A stretch of DNA of 64,000 nt from Oikopleura dioica (GCA_907165135.1 OU015568.1:1116001-1180000); one strand, 5' to 3'; counted from the first letter of the stretch, positions 36,344 to 47,900 are shown. Notes: generated by a model from the letters alone, not told the origin. Numbers and translations are program-made.

Positions 36344-39014
36344 ATGAAACTCACACAAGCTGTACTCATCGCTTCCTCCCATGCTGCCTGGAAGGATCGA
36401 TGGCAAACAATCTTAGAGAAAAGACAAAACGGACTCTCGCCGAGAAATGGAGGATCCGACACTGATGCACTTTGCGTTCAAGACGTTGTTGATGAGACGG
36501 ACAAGTTCCCGATTGAAAATGGCTCATGGGAGTGCGACGATGCTCCAGACGGAAAAGGAAAGGTAAAGTGTGTTGGAGTCTGCGATTCCGGCGAAAAGCA
36601 GTGGAAAAAAGCCGAAATCAGCGCCAAATGCAAGCCAAACGGGGCGCAAATCAAGAAGAAAATCCAAGGTAACCTGAAATGCGGAGAAGTCGTCGATGAA
36701 TGTGCCGAACTTGTGGATGCAGCAGAGATCACCATGGGCTCTCTTGAATTCGTCAGCAGTCATCCTAAAAAGGGCAACACTTACAACCTTGTCTGCGAAG
36801 ATGGTGTGACACTCGGCCAAGTCCAGTGCAAAAAAGGAAAGCTCTCTTCCAAGAAACTCCCCGACTGGGAGACCGCTTGTGATCGATATGTCTGTGATGC
36901 TGCTGATGCTGTGGAAGAATTCCCCATTGGACCTGGAAGCTGGAACTGTGGCCAACTCAAAAAGGGCAAATTCAAGTGCAAGGCCAAGTGTGACTGGGAA
37001 GATTCGGACCCAGTCAGGTTCCAGATTGAATGCAGTGAGAAAAACAAGGGATGGAGAATCAGCAAGAATCCCAAGTTTGCGGAAGACGTTTGCGAGGAAG
37101 AAGTTTTCACGACAACAACAACCACAACTACCACTACCACTACCACAACAACAACTACAACCACAACTACGACAACGACCACGGAAGCGCCAACAGATCC
37201 TCCAACAGAGCCTCCATCAACTACAGTGGTTTTCCATTTTAAGAGCGCCCAATTTAAGAGCGCTTTTGTCAAGATTTTGCGAATTTTGTCATCCGCTGAG
37301 ATTCCAAGAGCGTTTTTGGATATTTTTCATGAAAATGAGAAAAATTAAGATTTTGGTGAATCATTTGCCGAAGAGTTGAATATGTCCATATATATAGAAA
37401 ATGAACTCTTAGGCATGTCTTCTAAATCATGTTGGTTCGATAGCGCTCTATAACTTGGTTTTTCCTGCATTCTTTAAAACTCTCCTCAATAGTCTTCGAT
37501 AAATGATTCGGGTCTTTTGAACGAGAATCAACTCCTGATAAGAAAATGTTAATCAGGTTCTTGCAAAATGAATATCAGTTATGTTGAGAGCGTTAAAACT
37601 GGGTATGGTCGTCCTTGAGCATTTGCAAATATAGACTTCATACCGGTATAATTTTGCAAGGTTATTAAAATAAATTTCTAGAACACATCTAAAAGCTCTT
37701 ACAAAAAGGCCCAAAAAATTCGAAACCATAGATCTTATTCGAAATCCAATATTTCTTCCTTCAAGGTCCATTCTGGCGCAAAGATTTGAAATTTCTGACG
37801 GAAAAATAACTGTCATCCGGCCTTGATAGAAAAATTTCCAATTTAAGAGCGTTTTGAGCGACCATTGTCATCTAAAAAACGCTCTTAAAATGGAAAACCA
37901 CTGTACCACTTCCACAACGGAGACAACAGAATTCACGACCGAAGAACCAGAAACAACCCCTACTGTACCTCCAGTGACAACCACTCCCTTCGTTCCATCT
38001 ACCGAGGCTCCAACCGATCCCCCAACCGATCCCCCAACTGAACCACCAACTGAGCCACCAACTGAGCCACCAACTGAGCCACTAACGGAGCCACCAACAA
38101 CTTCCGCCTCCGAGTTTAAAACCCTCACCGACCATATCACTGCCGACCTTGACACCTGCACCAATGCATCTAACTTCCCCACCGGTGGCAAGAAAAAGAG
38201 GGCAAAAATGTCCAAGATCGTCGATGGAGTTACAGCTGGCGACAACGAGTGGCCCTGGATCACTCGACTTTTCTTGCGAGAAACGATTGGTAGCGGCGGT
38301 GGATTCCGATGCGGTGGTAGCATCATTCACACGAACTGGGTTTTGAGTGCTGCTCATTGCTGCGAGGACATGGCGGAGATCTTCGCCACTTTTGGCGATA
38401 CCCGCGACGACACCTCTGACTCAGACGAGTACACTCTTCAGTCAACCACGTTTTTCAACCATCCAGAATATGGAAACAGCTCCGACGGGACCGGATCCAA
38501 CTCCGATTGGTGCCTGATCAAGTTCGACCAGGACATCATCGCTGCAGACCCAGAGGGAAAAACAAAGATTGCATGTCTTCCAGACGCGGAGCCAGATCAC
38601 GGCGAGGCCTGCTGGGTCGCTGGATGGGGAACCACTTCTTCCGGTAAGAGATGAAATTAATATTTGTTTTTAACTTTTCGCTAAGGTGGATCGACATCAA
38701 GCACCCTCCAATCTGTCGGAGTTAACTACATGAGCCAGGATTACTGCAAAGCCAAGAGTAACATTAGCTTCTTGGTCGCCGATGACATCTGCGCCGGAAT
38801 CCCCGACCTCAACGATGACGGCAGTACCGATGGCGGCAAGGACTCCTGCCAGGGTGATTCTGGTGGACCTCTCATCTGTCCAATCAACGGTCGAGCCACT
38901 CTTAGCGGTGTCGTCTCCAGAGGAACAGGATGTGCCTGGCAAGGATTCCCTGGTATTTACTCTTCTGTTTTCGTAGCCAAATCGTGGATTCAAGAAACAA
39001 TTGCGAATAACTAA
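36344..39014 (+). CDS. Mosaic trypsin-like (S1) serine protease: three sushi-like Cys repeats, Thr/Pro stalk, protease domain; MITE inserted in the stalk exon
   Basis: KIVDG activation site, [27 protein letters not shown] (Asp189). GT-AG intron ~38644-38685. Confidence 0.85.
37224..37903. mobile_element. Tc1/mariner-type MITE (680 bp) inserted in a coding exon
   Basis: 24-bp TIR CAGTGGTTTTCCATTTTAAGAGCG / CGCTCTTAAAATGGAAAACCACTG, TA TSD. Excision restores ...PSTTTST in frame. Confidence 0.9.
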
Positions 39015-39275
39015 ACAAACTCTGTGCAGTATTTTTTATACACAATACTTACCACGTTTACTAACAATACTCTTTTATACGACTTCAATAAAAAATATCG
39101 ATTCGTGTTAAAAATATCCACTCATGACATTGTTCAAAAGCGGTCATTGCTCCTTAATTCTATAAGACCCGAGCAAATAGCAGACAACGCATAAAATCCA
39201 TTACAAACTCGCCTTTAGCTGCTCAAACAAGCCCCGGAAGACTAAAATGCTCAAAACCAGAAAAACGAGTAGAAA

Positions 39276-39797
39276 ATGAAGCTTTTGCCTTTTTTCGCCG
39301 GTTGTATTTTTGCCGCTGATGTTTGCAAGGACGCTGCAGTTTCGACATGTAAATTTGTGATTGACGAGATTTGCGGGTCGAATGGAAAGACGTATTTGAA
39401 TGAATGCGTTTTTCAGAAAGCAGCGTGCTTTGGAGAAGAAGATCTCTCAGGTTTTTGTCAATTCTAGAGCCATGTTTAAACTTTTCTAGTTGCGTATAAA
39501 GGCGCTTGTTGCCCAAGCTCCTGCCCAAGCGAAATCAAGGGAGAGTCACCCTACAGATCAACCTGCGGAGTCCTTTATCCAAACGACTGCGAGTTTTACC
39601 GCCAAAAATGTCTCCTTCGACGAGCTTTCGACAAAATCATCGATTCTGGAAATGCCCCTGAGGGTGACCTGCAAACAAGCTTGGATAACTTTGAAAATGT
39701 TCGACGATTTTTCGGAACTGGCGACTGCGAGCTCCCTGAAACTTGGGAGGAACTTCTCGAAGATTTTGAAGATGTTTTTCTTGAATATAATGATTGA
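39276..39797 (+). CDS. Secreted protein with two Kazal-like domains
   Basis: CKFVIDEICGSNGKTYLNECVFQKAAC. One phase-1 GT-AG intron. Second divergent domain CGVLYPNDCEFYRQKC. Confidence 0.85.
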
Positions 39798-40064
39798 GAA
39801 GATTTCCGCTGGAAATTTTTTGCTATGAATAAATTTTATTCTCATCTGATATGGCTTACTCTTTCAAAAATGCTGAATTGACACTAACAAGTACTCAAAT
39901 ACATCTCATTAAAAAGCGAAGCTTTTCGCCTTTTTTATTGCCGCACAAGTCATAATTTTCAAAAGAGAATAGCAACAACCTTGAGAAGTGATAAAATATA
40001 TGAAATTTATAAATTTGTGTTATTAATAGCGTGATGTATTCTTACTATAAATTACCTTAAAAGA

Positions 40065-42065
40065 ATGGCTTTCGAGTTAAAAAATATAAAGAAATCGTTA
40101 ACTGATCCGGAAAGACGCACATCTTTAATTTTTTTGACTTTATTCTGTAAGTACCAATCTTTATCTCTAATAAAAGGCTGATATTAAAAGCCTCTCTGAA
40201 GGGGGTGGTGGTCGAGAAAATTTTTTTGGACTTTTTAAAATTTTGATATTATTCTTAGATTCCTTGATAAAAAAGGAGCATTTTTGGTCTCTAGCTTTTT
40301 TTGATTGGACCAACTTTATTTAAGAAAATTTTCGATTTTATACTTTGAAATCGCCATTTTCGGGTGTTTTTCTCACTAAAACCGATTCAAAATTGTTTTT
40401 TCATTGCGAATTTATGTTTCTTGATCATATATCTTTTCGGGTTGACTTCGTTAATAGATCATATGATTTTGTATCGAACGTTTTCGTTTATTGGATAAAC
40501 TTCATCAGGATACTAAACTTAAGATGAACGAAAAAGAAACAGAGGAAAAAGAATACTTTTATGTTGAGAGAGCAGTGTGAAATTGCTAACTGAGGAAAAC
40601 AGAAAAACAAGATCAAAAAATGGCTGTTTTTAGTCGAGCGCCAAGGTGGCCCAAAACATCTATTTCTTGATCATATTTCATTTATAAAAATCTAAAAAAA
40701 TTACGATTATTGTGATGTTTACGAGAATTTCATTGAAAAATGATTGAAATGACGATTTTTTCAGAAAACAACATATTTTCATTCAAATACTATTTTCTTT
40801 TCTAACTGGGTGAACTTTGTAAAACTAAGCCGCCCACACGCACAAGGGTTTAAACTTTCCTCTCGGTAAGTTTTATTCCGAAAAAAATATTAAGGGGATC
40901 GAGTTTTTTAGGTCAAGAGATTGGTCTACTTTGAAGGAATTTTTCACCATTTTTTCGAAAAAATATTTTTTTCAAACATAGCCGCCCACATAAATTGGAC
41001 CCTTTTTAACTTATTTTCAATCAGAGAAAAAAAATTTTTTTTGAAAAAATTGAAGTTTTTTAGGTTGAAAAAAGTCTTAGTCTCGACCACCACCCCCTTA
41101 ATAATAAGAGACTCTCGAATTGAAGAAACCTGAAATTTTTTTCTATCGTCATAAGAAGCTTTTAACATGCATTTTTTCAGGTGGAGGATTGGTTTTCATT
41201 GGACTACACATTTACAGGTGATGGCTCGGCAACCTGCGTCAGGGCTTCTTTTGGACTCTGACTTGAGGTTATGACTTGAGGTTGCCGAGTCGAGTTAAAG
41301 ATCGCTTGACGGCCTTGGCTTTAAATGCGAACACACAAAAATGAACGAAACCATCACGAACCAAATCCTCGAAGACAAAGTCTACTGCGAGGAAACTATG
41401 ATGGTTGGTAATTTACCATATTGTGGTTGTTATAGTTTGGTTCTGAGTCTCAGATACCGGATCTCCTAAAAAGCGCAATCTCATGGGAGAATTAGTAAAA
41501 GTCAATGTCAAATACTCCTTTTTAATCAAACGTAGCCCGATCTCCGCGAATTCATAGACTCTAAGCGAGACAATCACACCTGGTGCGGCTTTCTTCACGA
41601 CAATGTTGGTCACCAGAAGACAAGAGCAAAGTCGCCGATTTATGCTTGCTTTCCAGCCGTCCCAGCTGACATGCAAATCCAAGTGACTTGCCCGATGAAC
41701 TCAACAGTTAGGACCGGACAGGATCGCCGTTTAGGATGGACAGTCAGCCGATGGTGTAATAGCAATGGAACTTGGGATATAAGCAGCTCCCTGCTCCGGA
41801 CTCTTTATTTTATTTCTGATACTTTCGAGAGTAACTATTAAATTTCTCTGTTCAGGAGAGAGAAGGAGACTGCGGATGCCACTACAACGAGAATTGGCAG
41901 AAAAGTCTATTCAAATTGATGCTTCCTTTAATCATTTTCACTTTCTTTACTCTCTGCGCTTACATTCTTAGAAATCGAATTTCGGATTCAATCTGCTCTT
42001 TTCGGCGGAACAGTCAATTCAGCCCCGATCCCTTGATTCTGGACTCACCAGGACGAGAAAATTGA
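40065..42065 (+). CDS. Hydrophobic N-terminus + class-B-GPCR hormone-receptor (HRM)-like domain + single TM, copy A
   Basis: Five exons join in frame. TWCG...ACFPAV....VTCP....SRWCNSNGTWD matches HRM Cys/Trp spacing. TM LMLPLIIFTFFTLCAYIL, then a short tail and stop. The exon-4 donor reads ATAAG (41779) where copy B has GTAAG. Confidence 0.6.
40431..40662 (-). mobile_element. 232-bp hammerhead-bearing retroposed element (solo pLTR / retrozyme-like)
   Basis: 14-bp direct repeats TTTCTTGATCATAT (40417-40430, 40663-40676). MITE copy 1 has the single empty site (~4263-4276). No ORF. Confidence 0.8.
40471..40513 (-). ncRNA. Minimal type I hammerhead ribozyme
   Basis: Reverse complement reads GTATC-CTGATGA-A-GTTTAT-CCA-ATAAAC-GAAA-ACGT-TC-GATAC: 5-bp stem I, 6-bp stem II, palindromic stem III, UUC cleavage triplet. 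Confidence 0.88.
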
Positions 42066-42321
42066 ATAAATTAATGATATTTTTTCTCTAGTTTTTTGTT
42101 AGAAATTTATTGCGATGAGTAAATTTTTCCGCAGAAAATTGCAAAAACCAACAAAACAAATTTTTTGCTCGCTGCAGACTTAGCAGTATCGGTCGGCGAT
42201 GGAGGCCTTGATCTTCTTGGCAGATGGATGACTTATCTGGAGACGTTGCCTCGTCCTTCGCAGACAAACTTCCGTGCGAGCGAGTTAATTGCTCGGTTAA
42301 CCTGTTGATTGAGTCGGCAAC

Positions 42322-42593
42322 CGAAATCAAGGAAGAGTCACCCTACAGATCAACTTGCGGAGTCCTTTATCAAAACGACTGCGAGTTCTACCGCCAAAAA
42401 TGCCTCCTTCGACGAACTTTCGGCAAAATCATCGATTCTGGAAACGCTCCGGAAGGTGATCTGCAAACAAGCTTGGTTATTAAACTTCGAAAATGTTCGA
42501 CGATTTTTCGGAACTGGCGACTGCGAGCTCCCTGAAACTTGGGAGGAACTTCTCGAAGATTTTGAAGATGTTTTTCTTGAATATGATGATTGA
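42322..42593 (+). pseudogene. 5'-truncated duplicate of the Kazal gene
   Basis: Matches 39530-39797, lacks exon 1, and has a small insertion changing the frame near 42475. Confidence 0.8.
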
Positions 42594-42872
42594 GAAAATT
42601 TCTGCTGGAAATTTTTCGCTATGAATAAATTTTATTCTCATCGGATAAGGCTTATTCTTTCAAAAATGCTGAATCGACACTAACGAGAACTCATTGAGTA
42701 CTACTCAATTACATCTCATTAAAAAGCGGAGCTTTGCCTTTTTTATTGCCACACAAGTCAGAATTATCAAAAGAGAGTAGCAACAACCTTGATAAATGAA
42801 AAAATATGTGAAATTTATAAATTTGTGTTATTAATAGCGTGATGTATTCTTACTAGAAATAATCTTAAAAGA

Positions 42873-44204
42873 ATGGCTTTCGAGTTGAAAAATATAAAGA
42901 AATCGTTTACTGATCCGGAAAGACGCACATCTTTACTCTTTTTGACTTTATTCTGTAAGTAGCAAACTTTATCTCAAATAACAGGCCTTTCTAATTTATA
43001 AAAAAATCTAGAATTGAATGAGCTTGGAATTTTTTCTCGTAATTTAAAATATTAAAACAACATCTCTTTAGGCGGGGGATTGGCATTCATTGGACTACAC
43101 ATTTACAGGTCATGGCTCGGCAACCTGCGTCAGGGCATCTTTCGGAGTCTGTCTCAGGTTTTGCACCTTCTAGATAATTTGCCGAGTCGAGCTAAAGGTC
43201 GGTTGAGGGCCTTGGCTTAAAATGCGAATACACAAAAATGAACCAAAACATTTCGGACAAAATCCTTGAAGATAAAGTCTACTGCGAAGAAACTTTTATG
43301 GTAATTAAAAACCATGAGGTTGTAGTCTAAGATGCCTCGCACCCATGGTCGAATTGTTCACAATAGTCTTAATCAACGTAGGCCGGTCTTCGCGAATTCG
43401 CTGAATACAGCCGAAATAACAACCAGACCTGGTGCGACTAGGTTGCCGAGTCGAGTTAAAGGTCACTTGACGGCCTTGGCTTTAAATGCGAATACACAAA
43501 AATGAACCAAACCATCACGAACCAAATTCACGAAGACAAAGTCTACTGCGAGGAAACTATGATGGTTTGTTATTCACTACAATGAGGTTTTTATAGTTTT
43601 TTTTTGAGTATTGGATACCGGATCTCCTTAACAGCGCAACCTCGTGGTAGTATCAAAAATAAATGTCAAATACTCCTTTTTCATCAAACGTAGGCCGATC
43701 TCCGCGAATTCGTAGACTCTAAGCGAGACAACCACACCTGGTGCGGCTTTCTTCACGACAATGTTGGTCACCAGAAGACAAGAGCAAAGTCGCCGATTTA
43801 TGCTTGCTTTCCAGCCGTCCCTGCTGACATGCAAATCGAAGTGGCATGCCCGATGAACTCAACAATTAGGACCGGACATGATGGCCGTTTAGGATGGACA
43901 GTCAGCCGAACTTGTAATAGCAATGGAACTTGGGATGTAAGCAGCTCCCTGCTCCGGACTCTTTATTTTTTCGAGAGTAATTATTAAATTTCTCTGTTCA
44001 GGAGATAGAAGGAGACTGCGGATGCCACTACAACGAGAATTGGCAGAAAAGTCTATTCAAATTGATGCTTCCTTTTTCACTTTCTTTACTCTCTGCGCTT
44101 ACATTCTTAGAAATCGAATTTCGGATTCAATCTGCTCTTTTCGGCGGAACAGTCAATTCAGCCCCGATCCCTTGATTCTGGACTCACCAGGACGAGAAAA
44201 TTGA
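42873..44204 (+). pseudogene. HRM single-pass gene, copy B (damaged)
   Basis: Internal duplication of exon 3 plus a truncated exon 4 ending TWCD* (~43440). A 7-nt deletion near 44070 frameshifts the TM segment. Confidence 0.65.
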
Positions 44205-44303
44205 ATAAATTAATGATATTTTTTTGTCTAGTTTTTTGTTAGGAATTTATTGCGATTAATAAATTTTTCCGCAGAAAATTGCAAAAACCAACTTGCTGCA
44301 GAC

Positions 44304-44726
44304 TTAGCAGTATCGGTCGGCGATGGAAGCCTTGATCTTCTTGGCAGATCGGATGACTCGTCTGGAGACATTGCCTCGTCCCTCGCAGACGAACTTCCGT
44401 GCGAGCGAGTTAATTGCTCGATTGACTTGTTGATTGAGTCGGCAATAGTCGTCTTCAGAGAATACGCTGACATCCTCTTCTTCAGCGACATATCCCTCTG
44501 GGTTGCAGATGGATTCATCAGTGAAAGAGGGAGATCCACTGAGGATCAAGCCAAAGACATGGCCGATTAATCGGTTTCCATATCTCTTGTTCCTGGAGGG
44601 ATTGCTCTCCTGAGTCTCAACCCAGTCAAGAAGTCGCATAGCATGGCTCTGAACGATATCAAATCGGTCTGGTTTGTATTCCTCAGCCTTGGCAACGGCT
44701 GCGAAAAGAGCAAGTCCGAACTTCAT
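44304..44726 (-). CDS. 140-aa secreted protein of unknown function (intronless)
   Basis: Signal peptide MKFGLALFAAVAKA, four Cys, complete ORF. Its 3' part is duplicated at ~42160-42320. Confidence 0.75.
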   Translation of the reverse strand: MKFGLALFAAVAKAEEYKPDRFDIVQSHAMRLLDWVETQESNPSRNKRYGNRLIGHVFGLILSGSPSFTDESICNPEGYVAEEEDVSVFSEDDYCRLNQQVNRAINSLARKFVCEGRGNVSRRVIRSAKKIKASIADRYC

Positions 44727-44960
44727 TTTCTCTCAAGTTATTTCTTTCTTACGTTTCTGAAGCCACGGTTGAGTTTTGATAATAACTCAACCGGTGGGTG
44801 GCGCAAGAAACTTGTGTTTAGCAAACCAAGGCAAGAGTTTAGAAATAACTCGGTCTTGTCAAGCGATTTTTTAGAAAAGACGAAGTGACACGTCTGCGGA
44901 AATACCGAGCGTTATCCCCATGATTGATTCTATAAGAAATTGATTTTATTCTAAAAGAAA

Positions 44961-47900
44961 TCACGGATAGAAGTAGCAATATTCTTCATAATCAAAGGAA
45001 TACCCACTTGGTAAAGATTCAAAAACTATCGGTCGAATGCAAGGTCCATCATGTCTGTTTATCACTTCCGAAGAGATTACTTTTTCACCATCCCAAGTTG
45101 CTCTTTCAACATAAGTTATGTTACATAACTAAAGTGCGTTCCTATCAAATTTTTAAATAAAGCTTGCTTACTTTGGCGCATAGCCGCCAAAAACAAGGAA
45201 GAATTCGCCGAAATGAATTGATGTCCCGCGATTATTCGGCTAAAGAAATCAAAAAAGAAAGGTTCATCTAACCTTACATGTATCAGAGCTCCAACATGGC
45301 TCCACTGTCCCTCCCGTAATAGATAGACATTCTTGGTGTTTCCCATTTGAGGACCATCGTATAAATATCCACCGATTGTGAGGACTCCGTTGTGAACTGA
45401 GATACACGTATGCGCAGCGATTTCGCGAAGATGAGAAACTGATTCTTGCCAACCACTTAATGGTTTTTCCAATTGCGAATATATTGTTCTGAATTTTATA
45501 AGAGCACCTTGATGCTAGTGTCTCTACTTGATTTGATCGTGTCGCTCCAATTATCATTGCTTTGTCTTCATACAGTGCCATACAGCCAAATTCATGTTTG
45601 ACGCGTGTCGAACTGATAGCTTGAGTTGATTCTCCATCAAAACTTTCGCAAGAATTTGTCGTTCCGTGACATAAAATAACCACTTCGTTATTGAGTGTAA
45701 TTAAAGATCCGGAACTCGCTTTGAATGAATTGAGAAGCTGTATTTTAGTATCTTCGATTTGACAGCCAGATAATTTAGCGATCTATTACATTTATGAATG
45801 AAGGGATCCTAGCTTCTGCTGAATCTCCCACTTCTAGCGTAGTTTGCCTGCTCTCTATATCTGGACGAGTGAAGAAAACGAGTAAAGTATCTTGACGTCT
45901 GTATTTCGAGCTGGAGTAAAATAGAGGTTAATTCACGAACTGCGTGAATTACCGAATGAAGAGAAATACACGGCGGCGACCGAGCAAAGCTCGATCTAGA
46001 TAAGCAAGTGACCTTAGGGGACGAGGGAGTCTAACGAATCTAAGATCCCAATACCCCCCATGAGACTGAAACGTCCTCTAAGGCCAAAGTGTGTGATTTT
46101 TGCAGGAGTATAAGCGTAAGATGAGTAACATGGCAGGTTCGAAACGTCGAGGCAGTCTGATTCGCGTTAAAAAACCCTTTTTTGGGAAAAAGCTTGAATC
46201 AGATGCGAAGTTTTCGTGATGTCCGAGCGGTGATGACATGAAGGAGTAGCTGCACATGTAGAAGAACTCAAAATACGTCGGCGACGGTAAACTGTGATAA
46301 TTTCCGTACCTTTTCAGGCCCCGGTCGATGAATAGGGGACCTGAGTGGGGCAGTACTTGCGCTTAGTCGTATGACTGACCCGAGTTTGTGCCGATGTTTA
46401 GAGGTTCGACGGGCCTCGTTTCACGGTGTGCTCGTTTTGTATGTTTCGGGAGATGAGCTGCTCCAACTTCGGTTAAAGTCGCATTCGGATCGGCGCCGGC
46501 TGAGTATTGACGATCTGGTGAAGACTTTGGACGGGTTCTTTTCTTGCTGTTTTCAGTTGCTGAGCCCTCAACTACTGTTGAATTATGTTTATCGACTGAC
46601 ATATGGCTATTGTCGGGCGCAGCAACCTCCGAAATCACTGTAGCATCAGCTGACATGTCCTCGGCAGTTTCATAAAGAGTACCACCAGAGTACCAGCGAT
46701 CTGACGGCTCGGCTGGAGCTACCGACGAGTCCAAAATAGATGTAGCGGTTGTATCTCCCAGATTTTCCATGTCCAATCGGCGTCTACTTTCCAAAATAGG
46801 TGATAGAGATGATCTTGGCGGTTTTTCCATAGCAACCATCGGAGTCGACGCGACCTGAGAAGATTTCCTCCCCCCATGCGACTTCGACCCGGACTTTTCC
46901 ATCGGTTTGGAAGTAGGAACAGGCGATTTTTGTGGGACTTTCGACTTAACGATTTCGGTTAAATGTGGGAATACGTACTCGGCCTCGTAGTAATCAATCC
47001 AGCGTAAGTCGTGATTTCGTTCTGCGGCGTGAACCACGTGTTCTCGATGGATGAAATCACGTTGTCCTTTTTTATCTTCGACCATGACGACCCAGTCGTT
47101 GCTCGAAACGGCTTTCAGGGGACCTACCCAGCGTTCCTTCTTGCTTTTAGCGTCGGTCAGGTTTTCTCGCTTAATGTACACGACAGCGCCAGCGGGGATT
47201 GGTCTCGGCTTAGGCTCGTTTTTCAGCCTGTGCTCCATGGCTCGGTCAGCAGCTTCCATCGCAGTTTTCACAATGGCTTCCGCCGATTTCGCTAAAGCTC
47301 CCACATTGAGACCAAACACCTGAGGTGTTTCCGCTGTCATTTCTGCGCCAGTAGAGTGGGTGAAAGTACTTTTTCGGCCAAACCAAACTTCTCGCGGTGA
47401 AATTTTCGTGCTTTTGTTTTTCACACTATTGAGCGCGCGCATCACGTGGGGAACGCAGTCGGCCCAAGTTTTTCGACCGGAAGATGAGTTGACCATGCAG
47501 AATAGACTGTTTTTGATAGTCCGATTCGCTCTTTCTGCGAAAGCGTTTGATTGAGGGTGAAATGCGGTACTTATTGTATGTTTTATCTGGTTAAGCTTAC
47601 ACATTTCGTCAATCACGCTTGCGCAGAAGTGGGTACCTCTGTCACTGTGTAGATGTTTCGGCAAGAAATCCATGGGAAGGAAGACCTTGTAGATGAGCGC
47701 TTTTGCAGCGCAGATAGCAGTGTCGGACCGCGTCGGAATGCACCAAGTGTAGCGAGAGAAAGTGTCCGCCACCACCAAATAATACTTGAATCCGCCAGCG
47801 GGAGGCATACAAGCGAAATCGATCTGAATCGATTCGCCAGCTGTTTTTCCACGACGAAGGGTTCCAAGTGGCGGTTTGGTACGAGTTCCAGCAGATCCTT

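Larger units (their letters stand above)
40201..41097. mobile_element. TTAA-family MITE, copy 2 (inverted relative to copy 1, carrying a nested insertion)
   Basis: Same 17-bp TIR. Flanks TGAA/TTAA. Lies in intron 1 of the HRM gene copy A. Confidence 0.9.
39530..44445. repeat. Tandem segmental duplication (unit A 39530-42320, unit B 42322-44445)
   Basis: 42322-42960 matches 39530-40160 and 41400-42320 matches 43490-44445. The junction at 42320/42321 fuses the 3' part of the minus-strand gene (44304-44726) to the 3' part of the Kazal gene. Confidence 0.9.
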
